Shown in pieces: positions 28,018 through 40,342 of a stretch of 64,000 bases of DNA. The DNA is from Tubiluchus corallicola (lineage: Eukaryota; Animalia; Priapulida). The DNA is taken from positions 744,001 through 808,000 of the forward strand of contig JAQGDQ010000027.1 of the NCBI GenBank assembly GCA_030141605.1, read 5' to 3'. The stretch's first letter is position 1; every line of letters starts with the position of its first letter. The notes below the pieces were generated by a model. The model saw nothing but the letters and a program-made list of their open reading frames with translations. It made no database searches and was not told the DNA's origin. The position numbers and the translations under genes are program-made.

Positions 28018-29331
28018 ACACACTAAGTATCCAAGCGTATCAAAAAACAAAATTTTATGCATATTCTGAGTACTGTTCACATTTTCTTGCCACTAGCCAA
28101 ACTTTTCCTTGAACTTGACACATCTTCTACTCGGTTCAGCTTATCCTGAGCTTGACTCGGCTTATTTCAACATCACATGTTAGAGGTTGTAAATTCCATA
28201 ATTTGAAAATTACTAGTCCTTCAGTACGCATAATTCCTAGAATGTCTTTCTAGCGCCCTGTAACCGAACACCACAGGCAGCAATAATTATTATTACGTAC
28301 AGACTGATATTGGTAAAAGAGTCATAATGCCTCCGCACACGAGGCAAAATTTGTGTGCAACGACTTGCATGACAGATTTTTGCTCGTGTGTACTCGCTCG
28401 ATAAACCCATTTTTATTAAATTTGTTTAATTTTCTCTCTCTTACAAATTCCTGTCGTCGTGTGCGGGCTCGATATAAACATCTGCATCATATAGAAGCAG
28501 ATCAGACTAAGAAAAAGCAATCACTTTGTCATGTGCCAACCAATAATAATAATGAAGCTACTGATTCCTCAGGTGGCTTCATACAAAAGTGGCCGTGTGC
28601 GGGAAAATTTTGCCTGAGACGGTTTACATCGCATATAGTTTTTGCTGCATATATATTTTTGCCGTGTTCGACTAACAGCTTAAAAGTGTGTCGAATGGTG
28701 ATAGATCGTGTTTTATAAAATTCCCATTGATTTTTTACGCTAGCTTTGTTTCTGAGCTTACTTCTGATTTATTCGTCTTAAATGTGCCAAACAGATTCGC
28801 TTAGCTGACATAAGGCTTAGGTCCAGGCGTGTTAGAAAATCACGCCACTTTACATATTGTCTTTTCATTGAAGAGATTCCTTAAGCTGAATGACGTTAAA
28901 TTTCTGAGTTATTATATCCGATGTTTCAAAAATCCCCAATTATTTTTGAAAAAGATTAAAAATCAATAGCAGTTATAACCACTGTGAGTTCAATCATTAT
29001 CATTTCATTTTACAACAGAAAGCAAATAGCATTAAACTTTGTTTCATAAGCAACAGGTGCAGCGATTTTAATTTACTTCAATATACCATTTTTACATATA
29101 ACGCCTCTGTTTTAAAGTCAACTTGGCAGCAAAAAAACAGACCTTATCTTCAAATATATGCTAAAAAAATCTGTTGCTTTGTCTACAAGTTTACCACAAG
29201 GTGAATGTTATTGTTCGATGAGCTATAAAGATATTTTTAAAATCAAATTAACGAGTGACTTCTGACACTACCTATATTATCATTTTTGTGTAAACAGAAG
29301 GTAATTGTTTTTGTTTATAAATTCGATGCAG

Positions 29332-29423
29332 GTACAAGAAAATCCGTTGGTGTGAGATGTAAAGTTTGCAAGATCAGTCTACATCTGAAATGCTGCGAAT
29401 GCGTGCCCAACTGTCCCGGAGAA
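29332..29423 (+). CDS. STAC-like gene, C1 domain second half (GTRKSVGVRCKVCKISLHLKCCECVPNCPGE)
   Basis: tgcag acceptor, |gtaagt donor (phase 0). C-x2-C-x4-H-x2-C-x6-C completes the C1 zinc ligands. Not in the ORF track; translated by hand. Confidence 0.9.
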
Positions 29424-29615
29424 GTAAGTCATATATAGTTTTCTATCCTATCCCGTGAAACAGCTTAATTGATCGTTAAGACGCTTTAAAGATCTCTGGG
29501 AAATGAACTTACAAGCGAGTTAGCGAACTTGCAATCTTCAATTTGTAATGCTTTAAATAATTTAATGGAAGTTGAATTAAAGTCGATAGTCTTTTGCTTT
29601 ACTTTGTTGTCATAT

Positions 29616-30042
29616 AACTAGAATGGAAGCACTAATGCGCTTGGATCCGGCACCTTCAACTTGCTCATTTCTTGTAACAAGCTTCCCAAACTTTCCATAA
29701 GAAAATGAAATGAAGCGTTTATCGTTGTACTGATTCGTTTTTTTTTCAAAAAAAAATTAAAATGCGCATTTTGGGGGTAGATTAATTTATACATTAGAAT
29801 GAATGAACAATGCATAGAGCGGATCCATTTAACGGGCATTCATTTTATTTGACGGCCGTATGGAGCAAGTGAAGAATCCGGCTCCGAAGTGGTCTGGGTA
29901 ACGTTCATGTAAAACGTCAGCCACTACGGTGAAAACTGTGGCCTCCGATACGTTTCAAAGATAAAAGTGGCAACAACAACAACAACAACAACGGCATGAC
30001 CAAGCTTTGTAAGGAACTCGCACTTCGTGACGGATCCAAAAA
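29616..30042. mobile_element. Helentron-associated non-autonomous element (HINE/DINE-like)
   Basis: AACTAGA start, subterminal inverted repeats TTGGATCCGGCAC (29641) / GTGACGGATCCAA (30027), internal (CAA)n, A-rich end. Confidence 0.6.
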
Positions 30043-31465
30043 GCAAATTTCTTACACTTGTAATTCATAAGTTCACTCGCGTATTATCCATTCGGCTAAA
30101 GGTTTTTCTACAGACCTGATAACGCTAATGCGTTTTAATTACACGTGTTAGATATAACAGCAATTACTGCCCCATTATTTGTTTCCCACTTTCCCAGAAT
30201 CCTATTTGTAAATGGCTTCGTGATAACACAGCATATCCTACAGAGATAGAAACCTTTTTACAGAGGTTTTCTAACGACGTGCCTAATAAATTATTTATAG
30301 CCTAGAGCTTGAATAATTTATGGAGAAACTTTTTACCAAGTATGTTTTTCGATTTAACAACGCTTCAACAACAATACTTCAAAAAATAAGCTTTCACTAA
30401 TAAATGGCATTCACGCACCGTAGAGACTATTGCATGCACGTTTCTAATTTAAAAAGCTTTTCACAGTTTCACTACTTGTCTTTGCGACTTAAATAATTAA
30501 ACAGCATTTGACAGTTTATGGGTTTTTCTAAAAGCAGGCAGCAGCTAAAAATGATGCCAGGGACGAAAAACCATGCCAACAATACAACACTTACAATAAC
30601 AATGGAAGTGAGGATGACAGTGATATCGACAATGACATCCGCAACTGTTTATCTCGTTTAGGGAAGTGCATGCACATGCTTCTAGAGACCTATCCTCGCT
30701 AATTATCTAAATACCGGTCCTGTTACAACTATTTAATCTAGCTGTGTAACGACGGCAACAATACCAATACCACCCACCACTCACCTGCAACACAAAAAAC
30801 TACAGCATTAAAGAGTTAACTGCAGGGCAGCGGCAGTCGCGACAACAATAATGACGACAAGCAATAAATTAAAGCTCAAAAGCATTGGGCAAACAATGAA
30901 AATCATGTGAAATTGTATCTTTCCGTAAAGATGTATCTGAGATTAATGTTGCCTCTTTTGATTACTTCTCTTACTTTTCCAAGTGTTGACGAATAACATT
31001 AAAAGCATAGTTTTTCTGAATCCCTGATAGGCTTAAAAATTTATTATAGTACATGTATATAGCCTTAGTATTTTCTGTTTATTGTTTACGATGAGACGTG
31101 GAACAGAGCACGAGGCGGCTGGTTGGAAACATACCAATCTCAGACGTAAACAGCAAATACCAGTGTGTGACTAATTCATTTAAAATTTGGCGACTCAAAT
31201 AGTCGACTTACATTAGATGGCATTGAAACTCTATTAGAAGAGATATAGGGAGTTGATAGAAAAGCAACTCGAGTGTATGTTTTCCAAATAAGAGCACCGA
31301 TATTGATTAAAATATATAATATTAAATATGGCATGCATTAAGATAATTATTTTAAGCGTCCTGTATCTTAGCATAACGTTGGCGGGTACAACGTACCTTT
31401 ATAGAATTGGAAGAGTCACAGACAGAAATACTTAATGATTATGATGATGGTGATGATAATAATAA

Positions 31466-31690
31466 TGATAGTGTTAGTGATAGTGATAGTGATAGTGATA
31501 GTGATAGTGATAGTGATAGTGATAGTGATAGTGATAGTGATAGTGATAGTGATAGTGATAGTGATAGTGATAGTGATAGTGATAGTGATAGTGATAGTGA
31601 TAGTGATAGTGATAGTGATAGTGATAGTGATAGTGATAGTGATAGTGACAGTGTTAGTGATAGTGATAGCGGTAGTGATAGCGGTAGTGA
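31466..31690. repeat. (GATAGT)n hexanucleotide microsatellite
   Basis: Long near-perfect array; explains the DS/VI/IT repeat ORFs. Confidence 0.97.
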
Positions 31691-31929
31691 CCAACGATGG
31701 CAACGACAATATCAATAGCAGCAGTGACACTTTCGGTGACAATGACAGTGACAGTGACAATAGCAATAAGAACAATTACGACAACGACGACTACGACAGT
31801 GAAGACAGTAAAAACGACGGACAGGTTTCCAAACAGAAGAAGTAATCAGGTCGAAAGACGTAAAATGTTAATTGTTATAGTGCATTTGTTTTGCAAGACA
31901 GCTCAGGCTAAAATGATGTCTTTTTTCAG

Positions 31930-32011
31930 TCGTTGGATTCTAAGTTTGGCTGGATGCACGGTGGCAGTAGTCATATGAATGTCATGTATTACCGTTACGA
32001 CAAGAAGGCTG
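31930..32011 (+). CDS. STAC-like gene, linker exon (SLDSKFGWMHGGSSHMNVMYYRYDKKA)
   Basis: ttttttcag acceptor, G|gtgagt donor, phase 0 to 1, exactly bridging the flanking exons. Confidence 0.8.
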
Positions 32012-32970
32012 GTGAGTATAGTGTATACAGTTTTTTCTGTACTCTGTTATAAGGTTCAATAAACAAATTCATGTATGGTAGTAAAGTTTTTCAGTACCGT
32101 AATTATCTGACTTGCTGATATAATGATTCTTTACAATGGCATAACTGTCAATAGAAACACATTTTATGTTTCAGTTCTTCTCTTTAATCCGATTTGTCGC
32201 AATGCATGTGATAAAGTTCAAAGATTACTTAGATCACATCCGCTTTGAACAAAATAATTTGTATTGCTTAAGATTTAACATGTATGAAAGCTAAAAATGT
32301 TACCTCTAAATATGTTTTTGTACAATTTATTCATGCGTATTATCACCCGTTTTTGACATTTTTAATGAATCAGTTTTTCATGTTAGTTATAATTTATTGT
32401 CTATATAGAATCCAGATACATTTACGTAAAGAGTTAATAATATACCTTTGTAATGTAGCATTGTCGTGACATTTATATTTATCACTATATGAATCAGTTG
32501 TTATTCGTTCTATACGCTTGAGCCACTATATTCCTGTGGTTTGTCTCTGAATAACGTCTCTGTCAATTTCATCTGTCTTGATTGTTGAATTCTTGTCGCG
32601 TTCTTTGAATTTTGAATTTGAATTTAAACCTTTATTTCAGAATTTCTTCCATATACAAAACAGGAGCGTAAAGACAGCATTACGCAAAGAATTAGTAAAA
32701 CACACTTCTATATACAGCACATACAATCACCCCCACCCCCACCCCGGAATATTTCGTTCGCATAGGCGTTGTAAACAATGAAACATCAGTAATTTAAAAG
32801 TAGTACTAAAACAAAGAGTACGTAAGTACAATAAAAAGTCTGCAATAAAAATATAATAATGTCATAATAGCCTGTTTAATACCTATAAAGTTTTCAGCCA
32901 GTATCACTTATATTTATGTAATGTTGATTCAATAAATAACTAAATATTAAATTATTTTATTCTGTCTCAG

Positions 32971-33114
32971 TAAAACCCGATGCGGTCTATGAGGTTTTAA
33001 AAGGTGCAGCTAAGAAAACAAGTGGCAAAGAGTCCGAATCGGATGCGGAAGCACCTTTTCCACAGAAAACCCGCACCAAGTCTAAACGTTCGTCGTGTAA
33101 ACGATCGAGTTCAG
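32971..33114 (+). CDS. STAC-like gene, U-motif-like exon (VKPDAVYEVLKGAAKKTSGKESESDAEAPFPQKTRTKSKRSSCKRSSS)
   Basis: tctgtctcag acceptor, G|gtgagg donor, 144 nt, phase 1-1. KPDAVYEVLK resembles STAC KVDPVYETLR. Confidence 0.85.
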
Positions 33115-34049
33115 GTGAGGTTCTGTCATTATATTTCATAAAGTATGTGTTTCAAAAGATAGAAGGTACATGAATTTTAATCTTGTAGGACGTAAATAAA
33201 CGAACAGATATTTCCAAAAGTTAAAATATAAGTAAAATAAAGAGATATTTATCACTTTATTATTAGTCATTATTGTAAACAAACCTATAATAACAACGAC
33301 ATTTTGGCAACCACTACTTCTTTCGCCATACTTTGTATAACCTTGAAATATTTTTGGTATTAGTAAGTATTAATTGTTATGATTAACTATCACATTATTT
33401 TTATTTTGATAGACTACTACTCATCAATTTTTCGCAAATTTGACATAAATTTTGATTTTTCTCTGCTAGACAAAGGAATATGTTGACCGTCTAGCCCTTA
33501 GCTGGGGAGACGGTATTTACACCTAATCTCATTATCATTCCTGGGAGACAAGGCTCATTTTGAAATAAACTAAAATAATGGTTTTTGAGCGACAGAAAAC
33601 TATAAAACGACTGTTTTCTCAAAATATAATAAAGTGAAAATAAATGTCTCCGTTTTGAACTGTAGGTAACTTGAAATACATGTTCAATACATGTACTTCT
33701 TCACTGTGGTATATTATAAACACGCTGCATTGGGAGAATCCAGGGAAACTAATGGCCCCTGTTTAAAAGCGAGGCTTGCACTTTTTGGACTTGCAATTTA
33801 TCTGTTTATCAATCTAAGCTTAATTCACCGGCAAAGCGTGCAAATTGTCAAAGGTTTTTAAGAATAAACGAAACCTTGTTGCATAAATGTTTTTCATTAT
33901 TAGTAGCATAAGGAGTTTCAAGGTCTTGAACAGCAGGAATTTTTCTCTTGGATTTTGGAATCTTTAATCAATTCAATTAGTCAATCATCAAATTTTGGAA
34001 TATTGCTTAGATGGGTGGAATAAACGACTATAAACTATAATCAGATGAA

Positions 34050-34720
34050 TGATAAGTAACGAAGAATTCTCAGCCTGGAATCATCAGGAGTTATTAATAA
34101 TAAATGCCATGTTATCGAAAAATTTCGTAGTACCACACGAACCAAAAATGTATCTGTAGTCGGAAATATACTACCCGAAAGTAACTTCCGTGTAATAACA
34201 TTTACGGAATGGCACAACGACAGTAGCAAATTAATCTATTATAGAAAAAGTAAACATTTGATACGTTTGATACATTTGATTGGAAACAAAAATGACAATT
34301 ATAATTAAGCCTTATATAATTGGACCTACATAGTTGACTGTTTCCTTGCGCGCAACTGCCTTCGTCATGGCCGAATTTTTCAAAAGTGTTTTGGAATAAT
34401 TGTTTACTAAACATTTCCCACACTGTTTCATGTGCGTTGTTGCGTCGTCTGGGCTCTAGTCTAAAATTCCTAACCGATTTATGCAAGTAAAAGTGATAGG
34501 GCACACAATTGCACGTAATGCGTGAAAGGGGTTGTAAATATTTACAAGAATAAGAAAAATTGCCGTGCCTGTAGATGCAAATCCACCCACATACTTGACG
34601 TGTTTGTTGATATAAACACAAACAGAATCCATGGTAGGTTACTTTTAGTGTCATTCTGGTAATACGCCCTGAAGGTAGAAAAACATCTCCACGCCCCGTC
34701 TCACCAAGCAATGACGCAGT
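34050..34720 (-). mobile_element. LINE AP-endonuclease remnant
   Basis: LGET, RQVCGWICIYR (RGGGVAIYVR-like) and FLILVNIYNP in shifted frames. Confidence 0.55.
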
Positions 34721-34796
34721 TATTCTAGCATATGCTGTTTTTCTAAACTAGCGGCGTTTTAATAGTACAAATCCGCAACTAATTGGGGATCCGCAC

Positions 34797-35000
34797 TTTT
34801 GATACCAAACGTGAAAAACAGGAAATGTGAAAAAGTTGCGTCGCGGTCTTGATTTGAACCAGAGACCCTTAGGATGAATTGGACTGCCTTAGTCATTGAA
34901 TAAGTCGATGGCATAGTGGCCTTGTAAAGAGGTCCCTGGTTCATATTTAGACTGTATCCCAACTTTTCACACTTCCCGTTTTTCAAGTTTGGTATACAAA
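34797..35000. repeat. Two tRNA-derived repeats in head-to-head inverted arrangement
   Basis: B-box GGTTCA on each strand; arms 34797-34870 and 34930-35000 are reverse-complementary. Confidence 0.7.
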
Positions 35001-36240
35001 TTTAATCAGGTGTGTTTGTACCACCATTAATAACACTGTTAGCAGAATTTTTATTAGCAGCATTTCAAAATAAATATGCTTGTATATATTGTCAAGAGAT
35101 GCTGCAAAAACTGATTTGCAATCAGCGAAGGAATAGGAGTATATAAACACAAATGTATAATCATTACTTGAATTTGCACTAGCAATCAACTGTTTTGGTA
35201 CTTTTACACAGTTGAGTAATCAGCGAAAAAACGATTTGATGCAGGTCATTGTGGCGGGGTCAGAATTCTCTCATTAATAAGCATATATCTCTAAATTGAT
35301 GCACTAAACTGACAGTAGCGTTTCGTCCGCTCGTACATTTTGCCTTAGTAAGAAAAAGCTAGTAGCGGTATGAAGCAGTATGAAATCGCCCGATGGTCAC
35401 TCATCTGCACAACATACAAGTCCAAAGTTGCTTAGCTTCGCAGCCCAGCTCAGCTATTTTCGTAGACGATTTACATTTCAGTGTTATGATGTCATACATT
35501 AGCCCATAGGCCTATCTAGTAGGAACAGGACTAGGAAAATCAACATGGACTAATAAGAAATCTGACTGATTACTGCACACAGACAATCATCAGCGAATAT
35601 TGTAGATCTAATTACAGAATTCTCTCCATTATTATTATCAGCAATCAGTGATCAAGTACTCGTCTACTCATCTGGCTTTGAATTTTTGGTGCTTTGGCAG
35701 TAAGCCCCACATAAGAAAATATGCTAGTAATCCTAGTAAAGAAAATTTACTATAAATAAAGGAAAAACTATAAAAAATGTACTTTGCATGCAGCAGGAAA
35801 CCCGTCTTCCATTCATTCGGCAGATTCACTCTCCCTAGATGAAGATACGGAAGAGTTGGATGGTATTTTATTCACTTTTAGAAATGGCACATTTTTATAA
35901 TACACTCACTGCACATAATTCCTTATATATATTCTTACTTCTATACCTCATTTTCCAAGTTTATTTGCATGTGATGTATTGTGATACATTTGTGTACATC
36001 CAAATAATATGCTATCTAGAAGTATTATTTTATACAATTAATCATAATATAGCTCGTGATTGAGTTGGTTTTTTCTGATTAAGATTTTATTTTAATAGGG
36101 TGATCATTTGCTAATAAGTTTTCGTTTTTAAGCCTGTTTTATTGATTTTAATTTTAGTGATGATATCGCAAATACTAGTTAGTACAGCAGACTGGGGTGA
36201 CTTTTGACTATTAAATGCCTTAACATTATTTAAATTTGTA

Positions 36241-36810
36241 CAGGGCGTTTCAGAAAAAACATCGCAAGTCAAATGTGACGATACTCCGAAATGTTTTGAA
36301 AAACGCGCTTAAAGGAAAGGACTAGTCACTTCGCATGTTGGGTCTCTTTTAGTGTTATCACTAAACTTTTTCCAGTTTTTTGTAAAAACTTATTATACCA
36401 GTGACAGAAAGTGGCAAAATTGAAAATGACGTCATTGGTGGAAGAGTGGACAATCAAAATGAGAAAGCCTAAGCGTGAAATAATCACAACTTTAAAGCGG
36501 TTTTACTAATTACACGAGCCGCTTATCACACTTTTGTTAATAAATCCTTCTAACATTTTTCGCAAACATTGAAATGAGCTTAAATTCCAAAAAGGCTTGG
36601 CCTTTCCTTTAGGTTCATGAGATTGCATGCCTTGAGTAACATTTGTTGTTTTTGTCCAAAATGAACCTATAGACGTCTGCATTATGACATCATATCGACG
36701 TAAAAATAACATCGTATTTGTATAACTCTACTTTCCAACCCATATTGTATTTTGTACATACCAAAACAGACATATCTTAGCTGCATTGTTTTTTTTTCTG
36801 AAACACCCCA
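36241..36810. mobile_element. Tc1/mariner-type MITE
   Basis: TA|CAGGGCGTTTCAGAAAAAA ... TTTTTTCTGAAACACCCC inverted termini. Confidence 0.75.
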
Positions 36811-37214
36811 TTTTTCACTTACGCCGAAAATGCTACAATATTTTCAGTTATTATTATGCACCGCTGGTGTATTGTAACAAGATCTGGTTTAGTTCATTTA
36901 AACTTCTATTGCTTTCTAATCTGTTGAGGTACTTAACCGTGTAACAATCAACTAGTAATTTCGGCATGAATACTGTCAGCCTGACGGGATGTCATGCATA
37001 AAAACCGACCCAAATGACAGCAACGTTACACTAGTTATACTTTTATTACTTTGGTCTCAATCAAAGTTAACGATTCTGTTTGATTACAAGGAGCAGCTGA
37101 GAATTGTTTCTGTTGCGAGAATCGTTTATGATTCTAACGCGCCGTGACATTATTATTACTCGTGTTGCCATGACATGATTGCGAATTTTTGAGAGAATTC
37201 TTTGCATTTTGCAG

Positions 37215-37334
37215 AACGACATCGCAAACGAGGGGCTAGCAGAAGAGACAAGCCACCTGTTCATCGTTCTGCTTCAAGCAACACTCACCAGAGGAATCTG
37301 GAGCAAAGATATTCGGATCCCCCACCAGTTACAC
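37215..37334 (+). CDS. STAC-like gene, basic disordered exon (ERHRKRGASRRDKPPVHRSASSNTHQRNLEQRYSDPPPVT)
   Basis: ttttgcag acceptor, C|gttagt donor, 120 nt, phase 1-1, open frame, GC above background. Confidence 0.75.
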
Positions 37335-37869
37335 GTTAGTTCTAGCTAATAAAATGCACAATAAAATACGACTATTAAATTATTGAAAAACATTTTAGTT
37401 GTATAAATAACGCCAACCGAAAGCTAGTTTATCAACCAACCAGGGACGGGTTGATGCTACAATACATTTGGTTTACCGTATTTCTTCTTAGCTTATCACG
37501 TTAAATTTTATTTAATTTTACTCCTTAACAAAGCGAATCTTACTGAAGTGAAACGTACTGCTTTGGTGTAATAACCCTGCAAAGTAAATAAAGCCAAGCT
37601 GGCTCATTGTTGACATCTTAAGTTTAGGGATAGATGTTAAATTTGTAGGAAGTAGCAAAAATTGAATAATTTATTTTAATAATTCAACAATATTTAACAT
37701 TTAACTAGACGGGTAGAATTTCCCTTTGACCATATCTTCTCTGTAGTTTTTTAACATAGGCTCTCGAACTAAATTTTTATTTATGTAAACAACTGAATTG
37801 GTATGAGCATGTATGTTTGTTTTGGTGAAATGATAATCCTTGCATGGTTTTTCAATCCCATATTAACAG

Positions 37870-37974
37870 ACAAGCGATCAACTACTGAAGATGATAACGA
37901 AGAAATAAGCTATGAAATGACTACCCATTATCGTGATGATGACGATGATAGTGCTGAAGATTCAGTCTCTCAAA
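37870..37974 (+). CDS. STAC-like gene, acidic exon (HKRSTTEDDNEEISYEMTTHYRDDDDDSAEDSVSQ)
   Basis: taacag acceptor, A|gtatgt donor, 105 nt, phase 1-1. Confidence 0.75.
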
Positions 37975-38376
37975 GTATGTCTAATGCATGTAACCAGTAC
38001 TTGCATCCATATAACGGCGTGCCAATTCAAATTTGACATAATAATGTGCGAATTGTTTTTAAACGCAGAAAACGTGTACAGTGTTGATATATTGCAAGAC
38101 AGAGGACTGTTTACTGTTGATAATACTTAGAGATGGCGTGTTGAAAATCTTGCACTAAAGTGCTCAAAAATCAGTAAGAAATACAGAATTGGTTTAATAA
38201 TTGAACTGTACATAATTTCTTGTAGTGTCTTGCAGTGAGTAGCTTACTAAATTTAGCGTATTAATAATAATTTCTGTTTCTCTAATGTATGCCTCCTATA
38301 ATAACTCCTATTTTCCACTAACTAATGAACTACCAGACCTAACTACCAGGTCTTTAATTCACCTTTTCATTTTCAG

Positions 38377-38495
38377 GAGAGGATCGAACAAGTTCTAAAT
38401 CACATCGAGCAAAACAACCAGTCTCCTCAGGAAACCTCAAGACACCAAAAACACTGGACGTTATAGGTGGAAGCAATGGGTCCATTAGTCCACAA
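38377..38495 (+). CDS. STAC-like gene, exon (REDRTSSKSHRAKQPVSSGNLKTPKTLDVIGGSNGSISPQ)
   Basis: ttttcattttcag acceptor, |gtaaga donor, phase 1 to 0. Confidence 0.75.
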
Positions 38496-38855
38496 GTAAG
38501 AAATAGCTTCGTTTAATGTAATGAAAGAGCTATAGATAAATATAGATGTGTAAATATAGATTACGTAAATTTGAATTTAAAGCCAGTCTTATTTTACCCA
38601 GAACATAATATGCTGTAGAAATATCTTAGAAATTAAACTTGATCCCGTTTCGCTTATGTAAATTTTATTTGCAAGTTCTAGTTAATTGAAAATCTTGAAA
38701 AAAACATCAGAAAGGAGACTGTTATATACTTTGAAGCATGTTGTAATTGGCCAGAGCTATTTTCGTTGTTACCATTTCTGTCATCAAAAATTGTCCTTTC
38801 CTTCGCTATCGTAAATAATGTGATCCACTTCCTTTAGGTCTTTTATCTAACTATC

Positions 38856-39152
38856 AGCTGAACATGCTAGGGTAAAGAATGATAAAACACAATGAAAAAG
38901 GTGAAGCTACTGGCCTATTAAAGACAATAGTGAACAGTGAAAAAATGATGATAGCTTCTGGCCTACGAAAACAATAGTCAAAAGTTGGTAATAGTTTCTG
39001 ACCTATTAAAGACAATAGTGAACGATTAAAAATATGATGATAGTTTCTGACCTATTAAAGACAATAGTGAACAATGAAAAATTGATGATAGCTTCACCTT
39101 TTTCATTGTTTGCTATTGTCTTTATTAGGCTACTTTTACCCTATCATATTCA
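38856..39152. repeat. Foldback element with four ~46-50 bp tandem units
   Basis: CCTATTAAAGACAATAGTGAACA.TGAAAAA..GATGATAGCTTC repeated about 4 times, then an inverted copy. Termini TGAACATGCTAGGGTAAA / TTTACCCTATCATATTCA. Confidence 0.7.
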
Positions 39153-39262
39153 ATACTCTCAAAGCTACAAACAACTAGCACTGTCATTACTTGAGGCAGT
39201 CACTGCCACTGCTTGAGGATTTTCACAGTGAAAATGTTATAGTGAAAACATCATCAGCATTT

Positions 39263-40283
39263 GGCGTCAAAAATGGCACAGGAAAAAAATGGCACGGTAA
39301 AATTGACACAGGAAAAAAATGGCACACTTAGTAAAATGTGAGTTTAGGGTTAGGATTACCGTGGAGGATAATTGTTTTAATTATTTTTACATCTACCAAG
39401 AAAGTTATGCTTCAACACAGTTTGTTTGTTGGTTGGTTGGTTTTTGTCTGTTATGGCAGTAAGCCTATTACACAACAACTATCTGATAGATTTCCATGAA
39501 ACTTTGTGGAGCAGGCGGGTATTGAGTGCCAAAATGGGAATCCTTTCGCCTGTTCTTTTTTTCGCAAAACTTGACCGAATACCACGTACAAAAAAAACAT
39601 TTGTGAAACAATTCGTGGAGGTCTCAGAGAGAGTGTTTAGTATTTTTTTCTCCATCTGAACAAACAACGTACTACGAATTTGTTCCAGTTCCATTCCGCG
39701 AAATCCTCGTTTGTAAAACCTGGTAACGCTGTTTATAACCTTTGCTTATTAATGCGACTGGGTAAATACATATATATTTCTCAGTCTATTAAAATCCACA
39801 AAATTGATGGTTAAAAAAGGTAAAAAAACAGTATGTTAAGCATTCATTCATTATTGATTATAAAGCTATTTAATGAACAAGCATTCTGGGAAACATTTGC
39901 TAGTCTATATAATACCAATACAGGCACATTTTTGTATGTTAGCGTGTTTATCTTTGTGTTAATTTTTTTTTATCAAAAGAATCAGACGAATAAGACTAGG
40001 ATCGTTCGGCTTTGGCAGATATCTGCTTCTTACCGAGCGCATTCTATTTTTATTATTATAGAAATCAATTACATCAGTATAACATATTTGCGAATTTTTT
40101 CTGCTTTTCTATTTGTACCATTTTTTCCTATGCCATTTTTACCTACTTTTCCATTTCTACCATTTTTTCCTGTGCCTTTTTTACCTGTGCCATTTTTCCT
40201 GTGCCATTATTTCCTGCGCTATTTTTACCGTGCCATTTTTACACACCCTCCATTTTCCTGTGCCATTTTTACCGCGCACCCCC
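39263..40283. mobile_element. Mutator/foldback-like MITE with repeated AAAAATGGCACAGG units and a nested HINE-like insert (~39385-39520)
   Basis: Left arm repeats AAAATGGCAC(A/G)G, right arm repeats the reverse complement CCTGTGCCATTTTT. TTAGGGTTAGG follows the left arm. Confidence 0.7.
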
Positions 40284-40342
40284 AGGACTATCACCTTAAT
40301 CATCAGTAGTAAAACAAAAATTAACAAATAATTGATTTTTAG

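Noticed and set aside
29298-29300. 3-nt microexon (cag AAG gtaatt) inside the C1 domain
   Set aside because: The downstream intron would be only 31 nt, too short to be plausible.
22081-29423. Assignment as PKC, Munc13, chimaerin or DGK
   Set aside because: No kinase, C2, RhoGAP or MUN exons are visible. The C1 and the following motif match STAC better.
31407-31845. Standalone SD-repeat (DSPP or MSCRAMM-like) gene
   Set aside because: No ATG or signal peptide in the DS frame, codons are invariant GAT AGT, and several frames are open. It is a microsatellite, kept only as a speculative cassette in findings.
38890-39095. CRISPR-like repeat array (also 54860-55430)
   Set aside because: Units are contiguous without unique spacers, there are no cas genes, and the context is eukaryotic.
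39833-40331. Hydrophobic 158/95/72-aa ORFs
   Set aside because: Derived from the T-rich repeated arm of a MITE.
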